Shown in pieces: positions 13,543-26,779 of a stretch of DNA of 64,000 nucleotides. Both the position numbers and the translations under genes were made by a program. The notes under the pieces were generated by a model. That model ran no database searches. It was given only the letters and a program-made list of their open reading frames with translations, and was not told the origin of the DNA. Each line of letters starts with the position of its first letter. Within the stretch, counting starts at the first letter, position 1. Source of the DNA: Octopus vulgaris (lineage: Eukaryota); the NCBI GenBank assembly GCA_951406725.2, contig OX597830.1:4154001-4218000 (forward strand), given 5' to 3'.

Positions 13543-13761
13543 TAAAATTAAAGGTAACTGGACTTCAAGTTACACCTTTCAGCTGGAGAGTGGACGTAAC
13601 TTGAAGAACCAGTCCAGCAGATCTTTACAATAAATTTTACTCCAGTCTTAGCATAGTCACCTCAACAGTAAATACTTAGTTTACCTTACATTGCCTTAAC
13701 ATATCTCTCTCTCCCTCTCCTCCATGTATGTGTGTGTGTGTATACATATATATATACATGT

Positions 13762-14107
13762 GAAGGTGCATGGCTCAATGGTTAGAGCGTCGAGCTTACA
13801 ATCGTGAGGTTGTGAGTTTGAATCCTGGACCAGGCTGCATGTTGTGTTCTTGAGCAAGACACTTTATTTCACAATTTCACATTGCTCCAGTTCATTCAGC
13901 TGTAGAAATGTGTTGCAACTTCACTGGTGCCAAGCTGTATCATGGCCTTTGCCTTTCCCTTGGATGACATCAGTGGTGTGGGGAGGGGAGGCTGGTAAGC
14001 ATGGGTGACAGCTGGTCTCCTATAAACAACCTTGCCCAGACTTGTGCCTCAGAAGGCAACTTTCTAGGTGCAGTCCCATGGTCATTCGTGACCCAAGGGG
14101 GTCTCTG
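13762..14107 (+). mobile_element. tRNA-derived SINE family 3
   Basis: A-box tggctcaatggttagagc, B-box gagtttgaatcc; colinear with the 15094 and 15988 copies. Confidence 0.8.
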
Positions 14108-15093
14108 ATCTATGTGTGTATAAACACAGGTGTTTGTCTAAATATCACTCACTTCAGTTACCATAGTGATGAAATGCATACTCACTATAACATTAGAAGA
14201 AAAGACAAGCGAAGGAAAATGGCAGTTCTGCAGAAAGCCCAGCACAAAACAAAAGCTAACAAGAATGTGAGATAACATTTTATAAAGGCAATATGAAGAA
14301 TTACATAACAAAAGTAAATAAATATGATTAAAATAATCATAAAACTGATTTAAATAAAAAAAACATATATACAAAGGTGTAAATTTTGTAACTATTTTGA
14401 CATAATTATTGGAGTCCAAAGCCCTGAATATGGACAAGATGTAATTAGAGTCTGATGAATTAATTTAGTCTTTTAAAAAATAATTTCCAAATCAAGTTTA
14501 ATTTTTATTCACTTGTATCCATGAAATATTAATTTTATGGAAAAAAGAAATGCTAAAAATCAATAAGAATTATGGTAATATTAAAATTTTAGATTTTCAG
14601 TTAATCTTTGCATTCTTTGAGCATTATGTAAATTTAGTGACAGCAAAACAAAAATGAAATCAAAATAACTTGTTTTTTCATTCAATATTGAAATCTGGGT
14701 AGGTAATGTAATAAACTGGAATAACATGGGAGTGTCTGTGTGTCTGTCTACGTCTATAAAAATGGGGCAAACAGCATTGTTGTGGGCAAGTGTTTTCTAC
14801 TATAACTCCCCCTCACACACACGCCCTCTCCCCTCCCCACCGCAAACCTGATGAGTAGATTTGTCACGTGAGAACTGAAAGAAGATTGTCATATGAGTGT
14901 TCAGTTTATAATTTATTCATATTTCCTTAGTTCCCTTCTGGTTTGTTTTTCTAAATGTTACCAGTGAATTCACACACTAAGTTACAAACCATTTTCAACA
15001 TTTAATACCTCATCTATCTTTGTTGAGAGCAAACTTTTAATACCTCAGATAAATTACATTAAATTTGACAGCCAAACACAGATAATATTCTGG

Positions 15094-15437
15094 TGAAGGC
15101 ACATGGCTCAGTGGTTACAGTGTCAGACTCATGATCAGGAGATAGTAAGTTCAATTCCTGAACTGGGATGTGTGTTGTGTTCTTAAGCAAGACACTTTAT
15201 TTCATGTTGCTCCAGTTCACTCAGCTGTAGAAATGAGTTGAGATGTCACGAGTGCCAAGTTGTGTCAGCTTTTGCCTTTTCCTTGGATAACATCGGTGGC
15301 ATGGAGAGTGGAGGCTGGTATGCATGGGCGACTGTTGGGCTTCCATAAACAACCTTGCCCAGACTTCTGCTGCAGAGAGGAACTTTCTAGGTTCAATCCC
15401 ATGGTCATTAATGACTAAAGGAGGTCTTTACCCCTTA
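15094..15437 (+). mobile_element. tRNA-derived SINE family 3
   Basis: A-box tggctcagtgg, B-box aagttcaattcc; homologous to 13762. Confidence 0.8.
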
Positions 15438-15987
15438 CCCATATCTGCTATGAACCTTTTATCAAGTTTCTTGTTGAATCATTTTTATTTTTACAGTTCA
15501 ACTAGATATTAACAATAGGTTAAGCAGGGGTTTTTGAGAAGCCAGCAGATTTCTAGGTAAAAAGGTAACAAACATCCAGAACAATCAATCATTAGTAAAA
15601 TATTAGAAAATGTGAAAAAATTTCCTGAATTCATCCATGGGAACTGTTACGGAATGCTCAGTCCGCTCTCTAACCTGACTGGAACTATGGCATAACTGTG
15701 ACTGGCTGTTGTATCCTGTCAATGCATTTGTAGACAATCTCTAAATCTTCATTCACTCCATCTTCCCTGGCCTTGATGTTGTTTGCAAAATGAACTTAAA
15801 GATGAAGCAGCACCTCTTGAAACAGATCGATGAAATTCGAATGGAATTGCAAATTGTTTCATGGAAACCTCTGCTATGCTTTTGAGATGTGGAATATAGC
15901 AGTGGGATCACTATGTGAATCCTTAAGGAGTGGTTTTGCTAGGAGTAGTGCCTAAATAAAAGTATTTTAGATACCTAATTTATTAAT

Positions 15988-16335
15988 GAAGGCACATGGC
16001 TCAGTGGTTAGAGCATCGAGCTCACAATCATGAGGTAGTGAGTTCCATTCCCTGGACCGGGCTGTGTGCTGTGTTCTTGAGTAAGACACTTTATCTCATG
16101 TTGCTCCAGTTCACTCATCTGCAGAAACGAGTTGCAAAATCACTGGTGTCTAACCATACCAGCTTTTGCCTTTCCCTTGGATAACATCGGTGGCGTGGAG
16201 AGGGAAGAAGACTGGTTTGCATGGGTGACTGCTGCTCTTCCATAAACAACCTTCCCTGGACTTATGCCTCAGAGGGTAACTTTCTAGGTTCAATTCCATG
16301 GTCATTCATGACTGACAGAGAGTCCTTGTCCTTTA
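15988..16335 (+). mobile_element. tRNA-derived SINE family 3
   Basis: A-box tggctcagtggttagagc, B-box gagttccattcc; homologous to 13762. Confidence 0.8.
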
Positions 16336-17032
16336 CTCTTTTTATTTACTGACGAACTAGCATATTTATTGTTTATGGCCTGTCTGAGAACATTCTGATA
16401 TCACCTGGTACTGACTGATATCAAATGTGACACTCATTACAATGCAGTGGCACTAGCCACTGTATTTCATCTGTTTTTATGTCCCTTAAATGTTGTAAAA
16501 TTCAGGGTACCCACATTACTATGTAGTCCCAATTTATTTTTCATGCCCTAAATCTAACTCAGTAATATCAGACCGTTTCATATCAGTCAACAAACAATTG
16601 TTCTTATATGAAATTCTTTAACAAAGACAATGCCAAACTATGATAACACTTGTTATTGTTACATAGATAATCAGATCAGAACTAGCAGAACAACATGAAG
16701 AGAAAGTTTAAAAGCTATTTTTGCCATTTTAGCTTCCACTAATTACATCATATTAAACAAACAAACATACTATAAGCTAATCTACATAAGCCAAATGTGT
16801 TTCTATGACTGGACATGTGAATCATAAGTTCATACGACCTTTCTGTGTTGAATTATGCACTTCACAAATAATTTCTTGTGAAAATATTTGGTTGTTTATG
16901 ACAAATATTTTATAATAACAGTGATGAAATAAATGGGAAATAATTTGTGAGTTTCATAAACTACAACTTAAAGAAATGAAATATAAAAAATGACACACAT
17001 AAGTTTAATGCATATTCAATCACACGTGCATG

Positions 17033-17064
<32 letters not shown>

Positions 17065-18527
17065 CACATTCATATGTGAATACATACATATTGCTGGAAA
17101 TACATGTTTAAAGTTTTTAGCCATGTTTCATAAACTAAAGTGAAAAAAATCAATGATAATTTTCTAAACATGCCATAAATATCATGTAAATTGCATAAGA
17201 ATATGCCTTAGAACATTAATCATGATTTATTTTGGGAAAAATTGGTTGCAAATATCTTTTAAGTTAAAAATTATTTTCCAAATTTCACTTCTTTTTCACC
17301 TTTGGATTCTTCACTTTAGTTAAATATAGATTTAAAATCTCTGACTTTCTAATTTCTTGCTTCTTTGATATTTATAAATGCAACAGACTATAAAATCAGA
17401 AATTTAAACATTTTCTTTGCATTAATCTGCAAAGCTATTCTATTTTTCTTTACTTTATAATTGGAAGTAAAAAAAAAAAACCCCAACATTTTTCACTCTG
17501 AACAAACTTTTTCGATTATTCACCATGATAAAGTCAGCGTTGCTCCGTAATCTCCGTGGTTCATTAACAAAAAGCCAGAAGTCAAAAATCCTAATATAAT
17601 AATTTTATTTCAATCGTCTGTTGTTTTTTTGTCTTATTCTTTCTTCTCTAATTTATGATACTTTTTTTCTATTATTATTGAATTCCATTTCCTTTTTAGC
17701 AATTGCAGGCAATATTCTGTGTTGATATCTATCTGATTTCAATAAGGAAACAGAAAGAAAATCACTAAATAATGCCCCCAGATTAATATTTATTCTTTCT
17801 CTAGTGTTCTCAATCAATTCACAAATTGCTAAGCTGCTCTTCTTTTATCTCACCTCCAAAGATAACCACAATCAATCCAATACAGCAAACTCAACAATTT
17901 ACTTCATTTCTTCTTTCTTGAAGAAATTAAATTTTTTTATTGTATTTCCATTTTAGTAGAAAAATTACATTTATTAAAATTTTCTTCTTTGTCAAACAAT
18001 AAAATGATCAAAGATGAATAAAAAATATTTGTTTACATCCCCAATAACACTGAATTTCATTCCTAAATGAACTAGTTAATTAATATTTATTAATTACAAT
18101 TAGTTTATAATATTTAAAATGATTCAAATAAAATGATAGTAACCAGATTATTTTTAAATTAAGCTGCCTGTATTGTGGTTGTTATATTGTTTTGCTTTTT
18201 AAGTATTTCAAACTATTTCGAAAGAAATAGCTCAGCTTTGAAAACTGATGAGAGTATTTTTTTGTTTAAATAAAATCTAAAAGATTTAACTTCCACATTT
18301 CTTGAAATGTGTAACTACTCTTCTGTAGTATCCCTGTATAGTTTTGAATATTGTATATACCCTAAAATTTGAACCCATTTAAAAATATATTCCCAGAAAT
18401 TTTCAGATGTTTCTTTTTCCACAAAGATATCAAAAATAATGCCATTACACAAAATTTTATTCTATGCAATGATTTTCAGAAACCAGTCCCCTCAACCTAA
18501 ACCAGTAAGGATTACTGCTCTTATCTT

Positions 18528-19120
18528 TTAATCTTTTACTTGTTTCAGTCATTAGACTGCAGCCATGTGGGGCACCACTTTGGAAAATCTTTTAGTTGAA
18601 TGAATCAGTCCCAGCATTTTATTTTAAGCCTTGTTTTTATTTTATTAGTCTCTTCCCCCAAACTGCTAGGTTATGGGGGATGAAAACACACTGGTTGTGA
18701 AGTGATGTGTGGCGGATAAGCACAGACACAAAGACGCACATACACCTAGATATATATATGATGGGCTTCTTACAGTTTCCGTCCATCAAGTCCACTGAGA
18801 AGGCTTTGGTTGGCTGAGACTATAGTAAAAAACACTTGCTCAAGGGATTGTCATACAAGTAGCATTGTTCCTTTCTTGTCTTCTGTAAAAATACATCTGG
18901 ATTTAGGGAACCTATTACCATCCACAGAAGCATGTTAGAATTAGCGACAGGAAGAGCATCCAGCTGTAGAAAATCTACCTCAACAGATTCTGTCAGATCC
19001 ATGCAAGCATGAAAAAAATGGATTTTTCAAACAGTGGTATTGTTCAGCACCAGAGACAGACAGATCCTGGAACCATGTGGTTGCGAAGGAAGCTTCTTAC
19101 CAAACAGCCATGCCTGTACC
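18528..19120 (-). mobile_element. SINE family 1 interrupted by an insertion of about 210 bp (18850-19061)
   Basis: SINE 3' part at 18528-18848 and head resuming at gatcctggaaccatgtggttg (19063). Confidence 0.7.
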
Positions 19121-20454
19121 TATAATGTCAGATTTGCCAAGAGAAGTCTTGTTGATTAACTAGAACCATTGCCAAAGGGAAAATTTGTTTATCATTTACT
19201 TAATGTTACTGAATTTGAAGAAAGTATCAGCTTCTGTGAGTTTATGCGTTCAGGTATGAAGAAGTCGCCTATCAGATACATTAGGCTGTGTAATATACTT
19301 AAACAATGTGTTAAGAAGAATCTCTTATCTGCAACAATTCCTGGGAACTAATTTTTGGTGCGGCACACTTTTGCTTGAGTAGCATATTGCAATGCATACC
19401 TGCAAGTGACCTCATTCTTCAAATAATGGGCAATTATCTTCAATAATCTGTTTGAGCTGACATTAACACAGTCATTGTGCTCTGATGGATTGTTTCGTTT
19501 GAAAGGCTTTTCTCAAACACTCCTCTGCTCTTAACAATGTTTATCCAATACTTTTAACATCTCACAATAAATGACAAACAACCTTCTTTCTCTCTCTCTC
19601 TTTCACCCCCTCCTCTCTCTCTCTCTCTCTCTCTCACTCTCTTTCACTGACATACACTCACTTACACACACACACACACACGCACACACACAACTCATGA
19701 TGTCTGAAATACTTTCTTTACAGAAGGCCGAGGCAAAATCTGTGTTTAAAGTATCTTGCCAGTTTAAAGTCTGTCTCTGCTGCTGCACAACACTATTTGA
19801 AAAATCCATTTTCCCCATGCTTGCATGGATCTGACAGAATCTGTTGAGGTAGATTTTCTACAGCTGGATGCTCTTCCTGTTGCCAATTCTAAAATGCTTC
19901 TGTGCATGGTAATAGGTTCCCTAAACCCACATCTGTTTTTACAGAAGACAAGAAACGAACGACACTTCTTGTATGACTGACGCTCATTTACAGCTAACAT
20001 GCTATTTCAATACCTAAGAGACACACACACACACAAATGACAGGTTTCTCTCAGTTTCCATTAAATCTATTCACAAAGATTATCCTGGCCTAGGGATGCT
20101 GTGAAAGAAACTTGCCCAAGGCATCAGGCACCGGGGCTGACTGCAAAACTATGTGGTTGAGAAGAAGGAATTCATTGCATTTGAATGGATGCAAAGGTAT
20201 TTTCCCTCTTTTCTTTTTTTTACTGTTAAGTACCCAGTAATGTTGTGCATTAGACCCATTTATCTGCCAGCAAGGGAAACTAAAAGGAAACTGTTATCAA
20301 CTGAATGTTTGGTGAAAAAGCCATGTGATTGGGAGTCCTCTCCCACGGCATGGATGATGTTGGCTGGTGTCCTTTGTTATAGACATGGGTTTACCATTGC
20401 CTTGTGAGCGGAATTTAGTTGACAGAGGGCCATCATATATGTCATATATGTATC

Positions 20455-20808
20455 TTTTAGTCATTAGACCGTGGCCATGCTGGGGCACCACCTTGTAGAA
20501 TTTTAGTCAAATGAATCAACCCCAGGACTGAATTCTTTTTAAGCCTGGTACTTATTCTGTTGGCTCTGGTTGCTGAGATGTTGAGTTATGAGGAGTGTAA
20601 ACACACCAACACTGGTTGTCAAGTGGTGCTGGGGAGGAAGGGAAACACACACACACTTCTATCAGTTTCCTTCTACCAAATCCACTCATAAGTCTTTGGT
20701 TGGCCCGAGGCTATAGTAGAAGCCACATGCCAAAGGTACCACATAGTGCAACTGAACCTGGAACCATGTGGTTGAGGGGCAAACTCCTTACCACACAGCC
20801 ATGCCTGC
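20455..20808 (-). mobile_element. SINE family 1
   Basis: Reverse complement of the family consensus seen at 40418. Confidence 0.75.
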
Positions 20809-20974
20809 ATGTATGTCTGCGGCTGAATCCCTCGTCTCAACATGTGCTTTCTGATTGTAAACAGAAAAACACTGTTCATAGAAATAGCACTGTCTGTTTA
20901 TAATCCTCCACAAAAGCTGTTTGTTGTTTGATAGACTCAAGGAAATACTTCATGGCCTGGAAGCAGCTGAAGGT

Positions 20975-22760
20975 TTGCAAAAGTCCTAATATGTAGGAAG
21001 GCAGGCAAACTACAAATCCCTTCAGGTAGATGGCCCTGCTCAATCTGTAGAAAAGGTGTAGGTAGAAACTCTAGCTAAAACCTAGCTAAAACCAAAGTCC
21101 TAATAAGTAGGAAGGTAAACAAATCACAAACGCCTTCAGGTAGATGGCCCTACTCGATCTGTAGAAAAGGCGTAGGTAGAAACTCTATAAGATGTACCAA
21201 GTGTAAGTTATGGACACATAAGAGGCGCAGCAATGTCAAAGGAAGGCTAACTAAGAAGATAGTTTTTGCATGTGGCAGATGCTCAGGAGCAATAAACACT
21301 GAAAATGTGCAGAGAACAACTTCTGCCACATTCCAGGGAGAAAATCTAGAAGTAGTTGATAGCTTCCATTACCTAAGCGACCAAATCAGTAGCGGAGGAG
21401 GGTGCACTGAAAGTATAGCTGCTAGAATAAGAATGGCCTGGGCAAAGTTCAGAGAGCTCTTACCTCTGCTGGTGACAAAGGGCCTCTCGCTCAGAGTAAA
21501 AGGTAGACTGTATGACGCATGTGTATGAACAGCCATGCTACATGGCAGTGAAACATGGGCCGTGACTGCTGAGGATATGCGTAAGCCTGCAAGGAATGAA
21601 GCCAGCATGCTCCGATGGATGTATAATGTCAGTGTGCATACTTGACAGAGTGTTAGTGCCCTGAGAGAAAGGTTGGACCTAAGAAGCATCAGATGTGGTT
21701 TGCAAGAGAGACAATTGCGCTGGTATGGTCATGTGGCAAGAATGGATGTGGATAGCTGTGTGAAAAAGTGCCACACCCTAGCAGTTGAGGGAACCTGTGA
21801 AAGAGGTAGACCCAGGAAGACCTGGGATGAGGTGGTGAAGCATGACTTTCAAACATTGGGTCTCACCAAGGCAATGACTTGTGACCGGGACCTCTGGAAA
21901 TATGTGCTGCAGAAGACTCGACAAGTGCAAGTGTGACCATAACCTTGTGGCCTATGCTAGGGGTGTAACCAGTCCACTTATAGATGCCTTTTCTTCATTG
22001 GACACTAAACTCTGCTTGTGAAGACCAGTTGAGGCAAGTGAAATCGAAGTCAAAATCAAACTCGGTGACTGGCATCCGTTCCTAGTGGAGCACTAAGAGT
22101 ACCATACGAGTGAGATCGTTGCCTGAGCAACAAACTGGCCTTCGTGCCAGTGGCACGTTAAGCACACCATTCGAGCGTGATCATTACCGCATCGCCTTAC
22201 TAGCACTTGTGCTGGTGGTGAGGACGTCGTCAGTGCCGCTGGACTGGCTCTTGTGCTGGTGGCGAGGACATCGCCAGTGCGGCTGGACTGGCTCCTGTGC
22301 TGGTGGCAAGGACATCGCCAGTGCCGCTGGACTGGCTCCTGTGCAGGTGCGAGGACGTTGCCAGTGCCGCTGGACTGGCTCCTGTGCTGGTGGCGAGGAC
22401 GTCGCCAGTGCCGCTGGACTGGCTCCTGTGCTGGTGGCGAGGACGTCGCCAGTGCCGCTGGACTGGCTCCTGTGCTGGTGGCGAAGACGTTGCCAGTGCT
22501 GCTGGACTGGCTCCTGTGCTGGTGGCATGTAAAAAGTACCACTTGGACGTGGTCATTGCCAGTAACACCAAACTGGCCCTTGTGCCGGTGGCACATAAAA
22601 GCACCCACTACACTCTCAGAGTGGTTGGCATTAGGAAGGGCATCCAGCTGTAGAAACTCTGCCAGAACAGATCGGAATCTGGTTTGCCAAACTTCAGTCA
22701 AATCGTCCAACCCATGCTAGAATGGAAAGCGGACGTTAAATGATGATGATGATGATGATG
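20975..22760 (+). mobile_element. 5'-truncated RTE-clade LINE: ORF 3' end, 3'UTR with minisatellite and (GAT)n tail
   Basis: LEVVDSFHYL...ARIRMAWAKFRELLPLL...LRWYGHVARMD...RGRPRKTW motifs with stops; ends ggaaagcggacgttaaatgatgatgat. Confidence 0.9.
22209..22526 (+). repeat. 44-bp GC-rich minisatellite, about 7.2 copies, in the RTE 3'UTR
   Basis: Unit gtgctggtggcgaggacgtcgccagtgccgctggactggctcct starting at 22209, 22253, 22297, 22341, 22384, 22428 and 22472. Confidence 0.95.
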
Positions 22761-22776
22761 ATTGTTAATGTTATAA

Positions 22777-23192
22777 AGGTGACAAGCTGGCAAAGTCGTT
22801 GGTCAGCCAAACAAAATGTTTAAGTGGCATTTGATCTCTCTTTACATTCTGAGTTCAATTTCCACCTAAGTTAACTTTATCTTTCATCCTTTCAGGGTCA
22901 ATAATCAACTGGCCTCCCCCTACAAAATTTCAGGCCTTGAACCTGTAGTAGAAAGGACTATTATTATGATTTTTTAGGTGATGAGCTAGCAGAGTCATTA
23001 GCACAATGGGCAAAATGCTGAGCAGTATTTCATCCATCTTTACATTCTGAGTTCAAATTCTGCTGAGGTCAGCTTGGCCTTTTATTCTTTCAGGGTCAAT
23101 AAATTAAGTACCAGTGAAACACTGGGGTTGATGCAATTGACTAATACCCTCACCCAAAATTTCAGGCCTTGTGCCTTTAGTAGAAAGGATCA
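22777..23192 (+). mobile_element. Two tandem copies of SINE family 2 (Nin/Deu-like)
   Basis: Two heads (22777, 22976), each with ttctgagttcaa B-box, ctttcagggtcaataa core and aggccttg...agtagaaagga end. Confidence 0.75.
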
Positions 23193-24421
23193 TTATTATT
23201 ATTATTGCTCATGAAATGCTTTGACCATAAAACTTAATTAAAATTTAAGATATTGAAATTAATGTGAATTTAGTGATGACATGGAAAAATGGAAATACAA
23301 TTGGAGAATGTAAATATTTTACTTAATCATATTTTGCAATATGATCCTCTCTGTTACTAAAAGAGGGGACTTTTACTTCTGAAAACTATTATTTACCACA
23401 GCCCATTTTTTGTAATGCCATCGTTAATCACAGCCACTCCTGTACAAGATATTAAGTAATCTAAAAGTCTATTCCATAATGCAAACTGTTGTGTAAATCA
23501 TTGGGTTTATCCTGGTGTTCGATTGTACTATTTTGGATGGGGAAATATGAAAATAATATTCCTTGGCTTTTAATTTTAGTGCAAGAAGCAATTGAATACT
23601 TTGATTTTTTGCCAATGAAAGCAATTAAAATCGAATACGGTTTTGAATTTTAGCAGAAATAATTTGGGCAAAATACTCAGTTTTTCACCTGTTTTTTGAA
23701 TTACAATTAAGTGTGAATATCTGAAATAACTCATGAGATAAGTTTACTATTTCCTCATGGTGCAGCTCTGATTATGTAAAAGAAAACTAATTTGAATAAA
23801 GTATCATTACCAGCCAAGCTAATGACTAATTAATAAGTGTTTTACAAGTATTTTTAACAGTTACATTTTTTAAATACTGAATAGCAAATAAGAATTCGTG
23901 TAACTTTACTTTATTGTGTCTAACATGGAATTTGCTGCATAAATTTTGCCAAGTAGTGTTTTGTCATTTTATTTGAATAATTGTATTTTTATTTTGGACA
24001 CTTAAGTTTAAATTACATTTCTCAGCTATGCAAATGGTTTTCTTCATTTATAAATTTTAATAACCAACGCCACAGTTACTGTTAGTAGCTTTCATAGTTT
24101 ATTTTGATATTTCCTTGGCAAGGAATGTGATATATTTTATATTTCATTCACATTAAAAAAGTTATTGTTTAGCCCCCAGTAAATCTGATTAAGCAGGCCT
24201 GTAATCAATGACATTCTGTGTGGTCTTAGTTGTGTGTAGTGCTTCACTATTTCGTGTGTTCTTATTTTAGATTGTGAGATTTGATGTGAGGAAGATTTGG
24301 CTTCTATTTCTAGCAGGCCGAGTGAGTACATAGAGATTTCCTTGTTATCTTAAGATGGTGAAGAGTTAGAAATGAGAGAAAACTGGACTATATTTTACGA
24401 GTGTTTGAAACATTTATATAT

Positions 24422-24479
<58 letters not shown>

Positions 24480-24480
24480 G

Positions 24481-24643
24481 CAGTTGCAGCAAGGAAGGTG
24501 TTTATAAGCCATTTAAGAAACACACAAAACCGTTAAATTCACTTCAACATTTAAATTTAATTTGTCAAAATATTTTCGTCGCTTTGAGACCGGGACCTGT
24601 TCTCTGACAAAGCTTCATGCTGTTATGCAAGTACATCTCCATA
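24481..24643 (-). mobile_element. (TA)n-flanked insert with an HHR-like motif at 24561-24611
   Basis: Non-microsatellite block between (TA)n runs; minus strand reads tttgtca-gagaacag-gtccc..gcgac-GAAA-atattt-tgacaaa. Confidence 0.4.
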
Positions 24644-25162
24644 ATATATATATACATATATATATATATGTGTGTGTGTATATATACAGAGAATAGACAC
24701 AGGTGTGGCTGTGTGGTAAGAGGCTTGCTTCCCAGGCACATGGTTCCAAGTTCAGTCCCACTCTGTGGCACCTTGGACAGGTGTCTTCTACTATAGCCTC
24801 AGGCTGAACAAATCCTTGAAAGTAGATTTGGTAGATGGAAACTGAAAGAAGCACATCATATGTATGCATGTATGACATTATTCAGCTTCATTTCAAGATT
24901 TCTTGCCAATAGGGAAGGAGCTGGTTTCTAACCTAAATCCAAAGCTCCTTCGTTGGAATTTCAACAACATCAACTGGGTAGTTTTTGTATGTATATATTC
25001 AGTATTTGGTTCAGTGCAGCCATCCAAATCAACTTTCTCCTTTCTGATACTGAGAAGCCTAATTTCTCAAGACTGGTACTTAGGCAGTGAGTTACATATA
25101 CATACGTACGTACACACACATACATACACACACACACACACATATATGTATATATATATATT

Positions 25163-25567
25163 CTTTCATTTGTTTCAGTCATTTGACTGCAGCCATGCTG
25201 GAGCACCGTCATTAGTCAAACAAATCGACCCCAGGACTTACTGATTGTAAGCCTAGTACATATTCTAGCAGTCTCTTTTGCCAAACTGCTAGGTTACAAG
25301 GATGTAAATACAGCATCGGTTGTCAGGTGATGGTGGGGGCTACAAATATGCATGCGCACACACACACACACACAGGCACACAGACACACACACACACAGA
25401 CACATATATAAGACAGGCTTCTTTCAGCTTCCGTCTGCCAAATCCACTCACAGGCTTTGGTCGGCCCGAGACTATATTTGAATACACTTGCCAAGGTGCC
25501 ATGCAGTGGGACTGAACCCGGGACCATGTGGTTGGTAAGCAAGCTACCACACAGCCACTCCTGTGCC
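25163..25567 (-). mobile_element. SINE family 1, near full length
   Basis: Reverse complement of 40418-40835 including the internal (CA)n. Confidence 0.8.
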
Positions 25568-26636
25568 TATACACACACACATATATCATATATATATATA
25601 TATCATATATATATATATATATATATAGACAAAACTAAACCTTTCTTAAAGGAATTTCTCCCATGTTTATTCCCTCGAATTTGGTGCCTGTGTGTATATG
25701 TATTGAAGTAGTTTGACTTTAGAGTCCCTTCACAGTGCGTGACATTACTTATAGTTATAGCCCTTGATATAATAACGTATTTCATATATATAAGGAAAAA
25801 ATTATACACTTTGTATTAATTTTTTCCCTTAATTGGTTTTACATGCTGGCTACTTGATAAAATCTTATATAGATTTTATCCTTATATTTATTATGCATGT
25901 ATATGTATGTATGTACACACACACAGACACACACACACACACACACACATGCATATATAATTATTTCAGTCTTTTCAATTGGATTGGTTCATAACATTTT
26001 TAGAATTGTAAGTTCAGCTCGTTCATTCTTTAATTTTCTTGATAAACACAAATATCGTTCTTAGATTAATTTAAATACTTCAGATTATCCTGTAAAATTA
26101 ATTAATCATAAGTATGAGCATACAAACACAGAAAGACCTTCTTCTACTTACCATGGAACGTAATTTTTAGTTTTGATGCTCCAAATTCTAAGTGTCAAGA
26201 ATGTTTGAGATTTGGTATTTATTTGAAATCAATATATGTTTCTGTTGTGAGAAGAGACACTTATCATTTAATGATCCATATTTAAGGTACTTGACATATT
26301 ATGCACTCCCAGTCTCTCTCTTTCTCTCTCTCTCATACATACATATATACACACACCCACACACATATACGCACATACACAAAAGCGAGCAAAGAAATAA
26401 CTATGAGTGCCCAATGACATGTATTTTGATGCATGCACACATACAGTCATGGCTGTGGGGTAAGAAATCTGCTTTGCAACCATGCAGCTTCAGGTTCGAT
26501 CCCACTGCAAAGAACCTCAAGCAAGTGTTTTCTATCATAACCGTAACCTGACTTAAGTTTTGTGATTGGATTTGGTTGATAGAAATTGAAAGAAGCATGT
26601 ACTACATATATGTGCATGCATGCATGTGTGAGTATA

Positions 26637-26693
<57 letters not shown>

Positions 26694-26743
26694 ATATATA
26701 TATATATATATATATATTTCTCTCCTTGATTTTTTCTGTGTCC

Positions 26744-26779
26744 CTTTCTGTAGAAGAGCGTAGGCTCGAAATGTAAAAG
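26744..26779 (+). ncRNA. Minimal type I hammerhead-like motif (atypical core)
   Basis: cttt-CTGTAGAA-gagc(gtag)gctc-GAAAT-GTA-aaag inside a (TA)n-flanked insert at 26717-26870; no stem III loop. Confidence 0.5.

Noticed and set aside
13770-13835. tRNA gene
   Set aside because: A and B boxes belong to a SINE head; no complete cloverleaf or terminator
22209-22526. CRISPR-like array
   Set aside because: Units are contiguous with no unique spacers, there are no cas genes, and the context is eukaryotic
22093-22720. Long overlapping ORFs (up to 205 aa) with repetitive peptides
   Set aside because: Artefacts of the stop-poor 44-bp minisatellite in an RTE 3'UTR
25700-25745. Minus-strand ctgtgaagggac..gtcaaac resembling a decayed HHR in a microsatellite-flanked insert
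   Set aside because: Too many core changes and no stem I or III support
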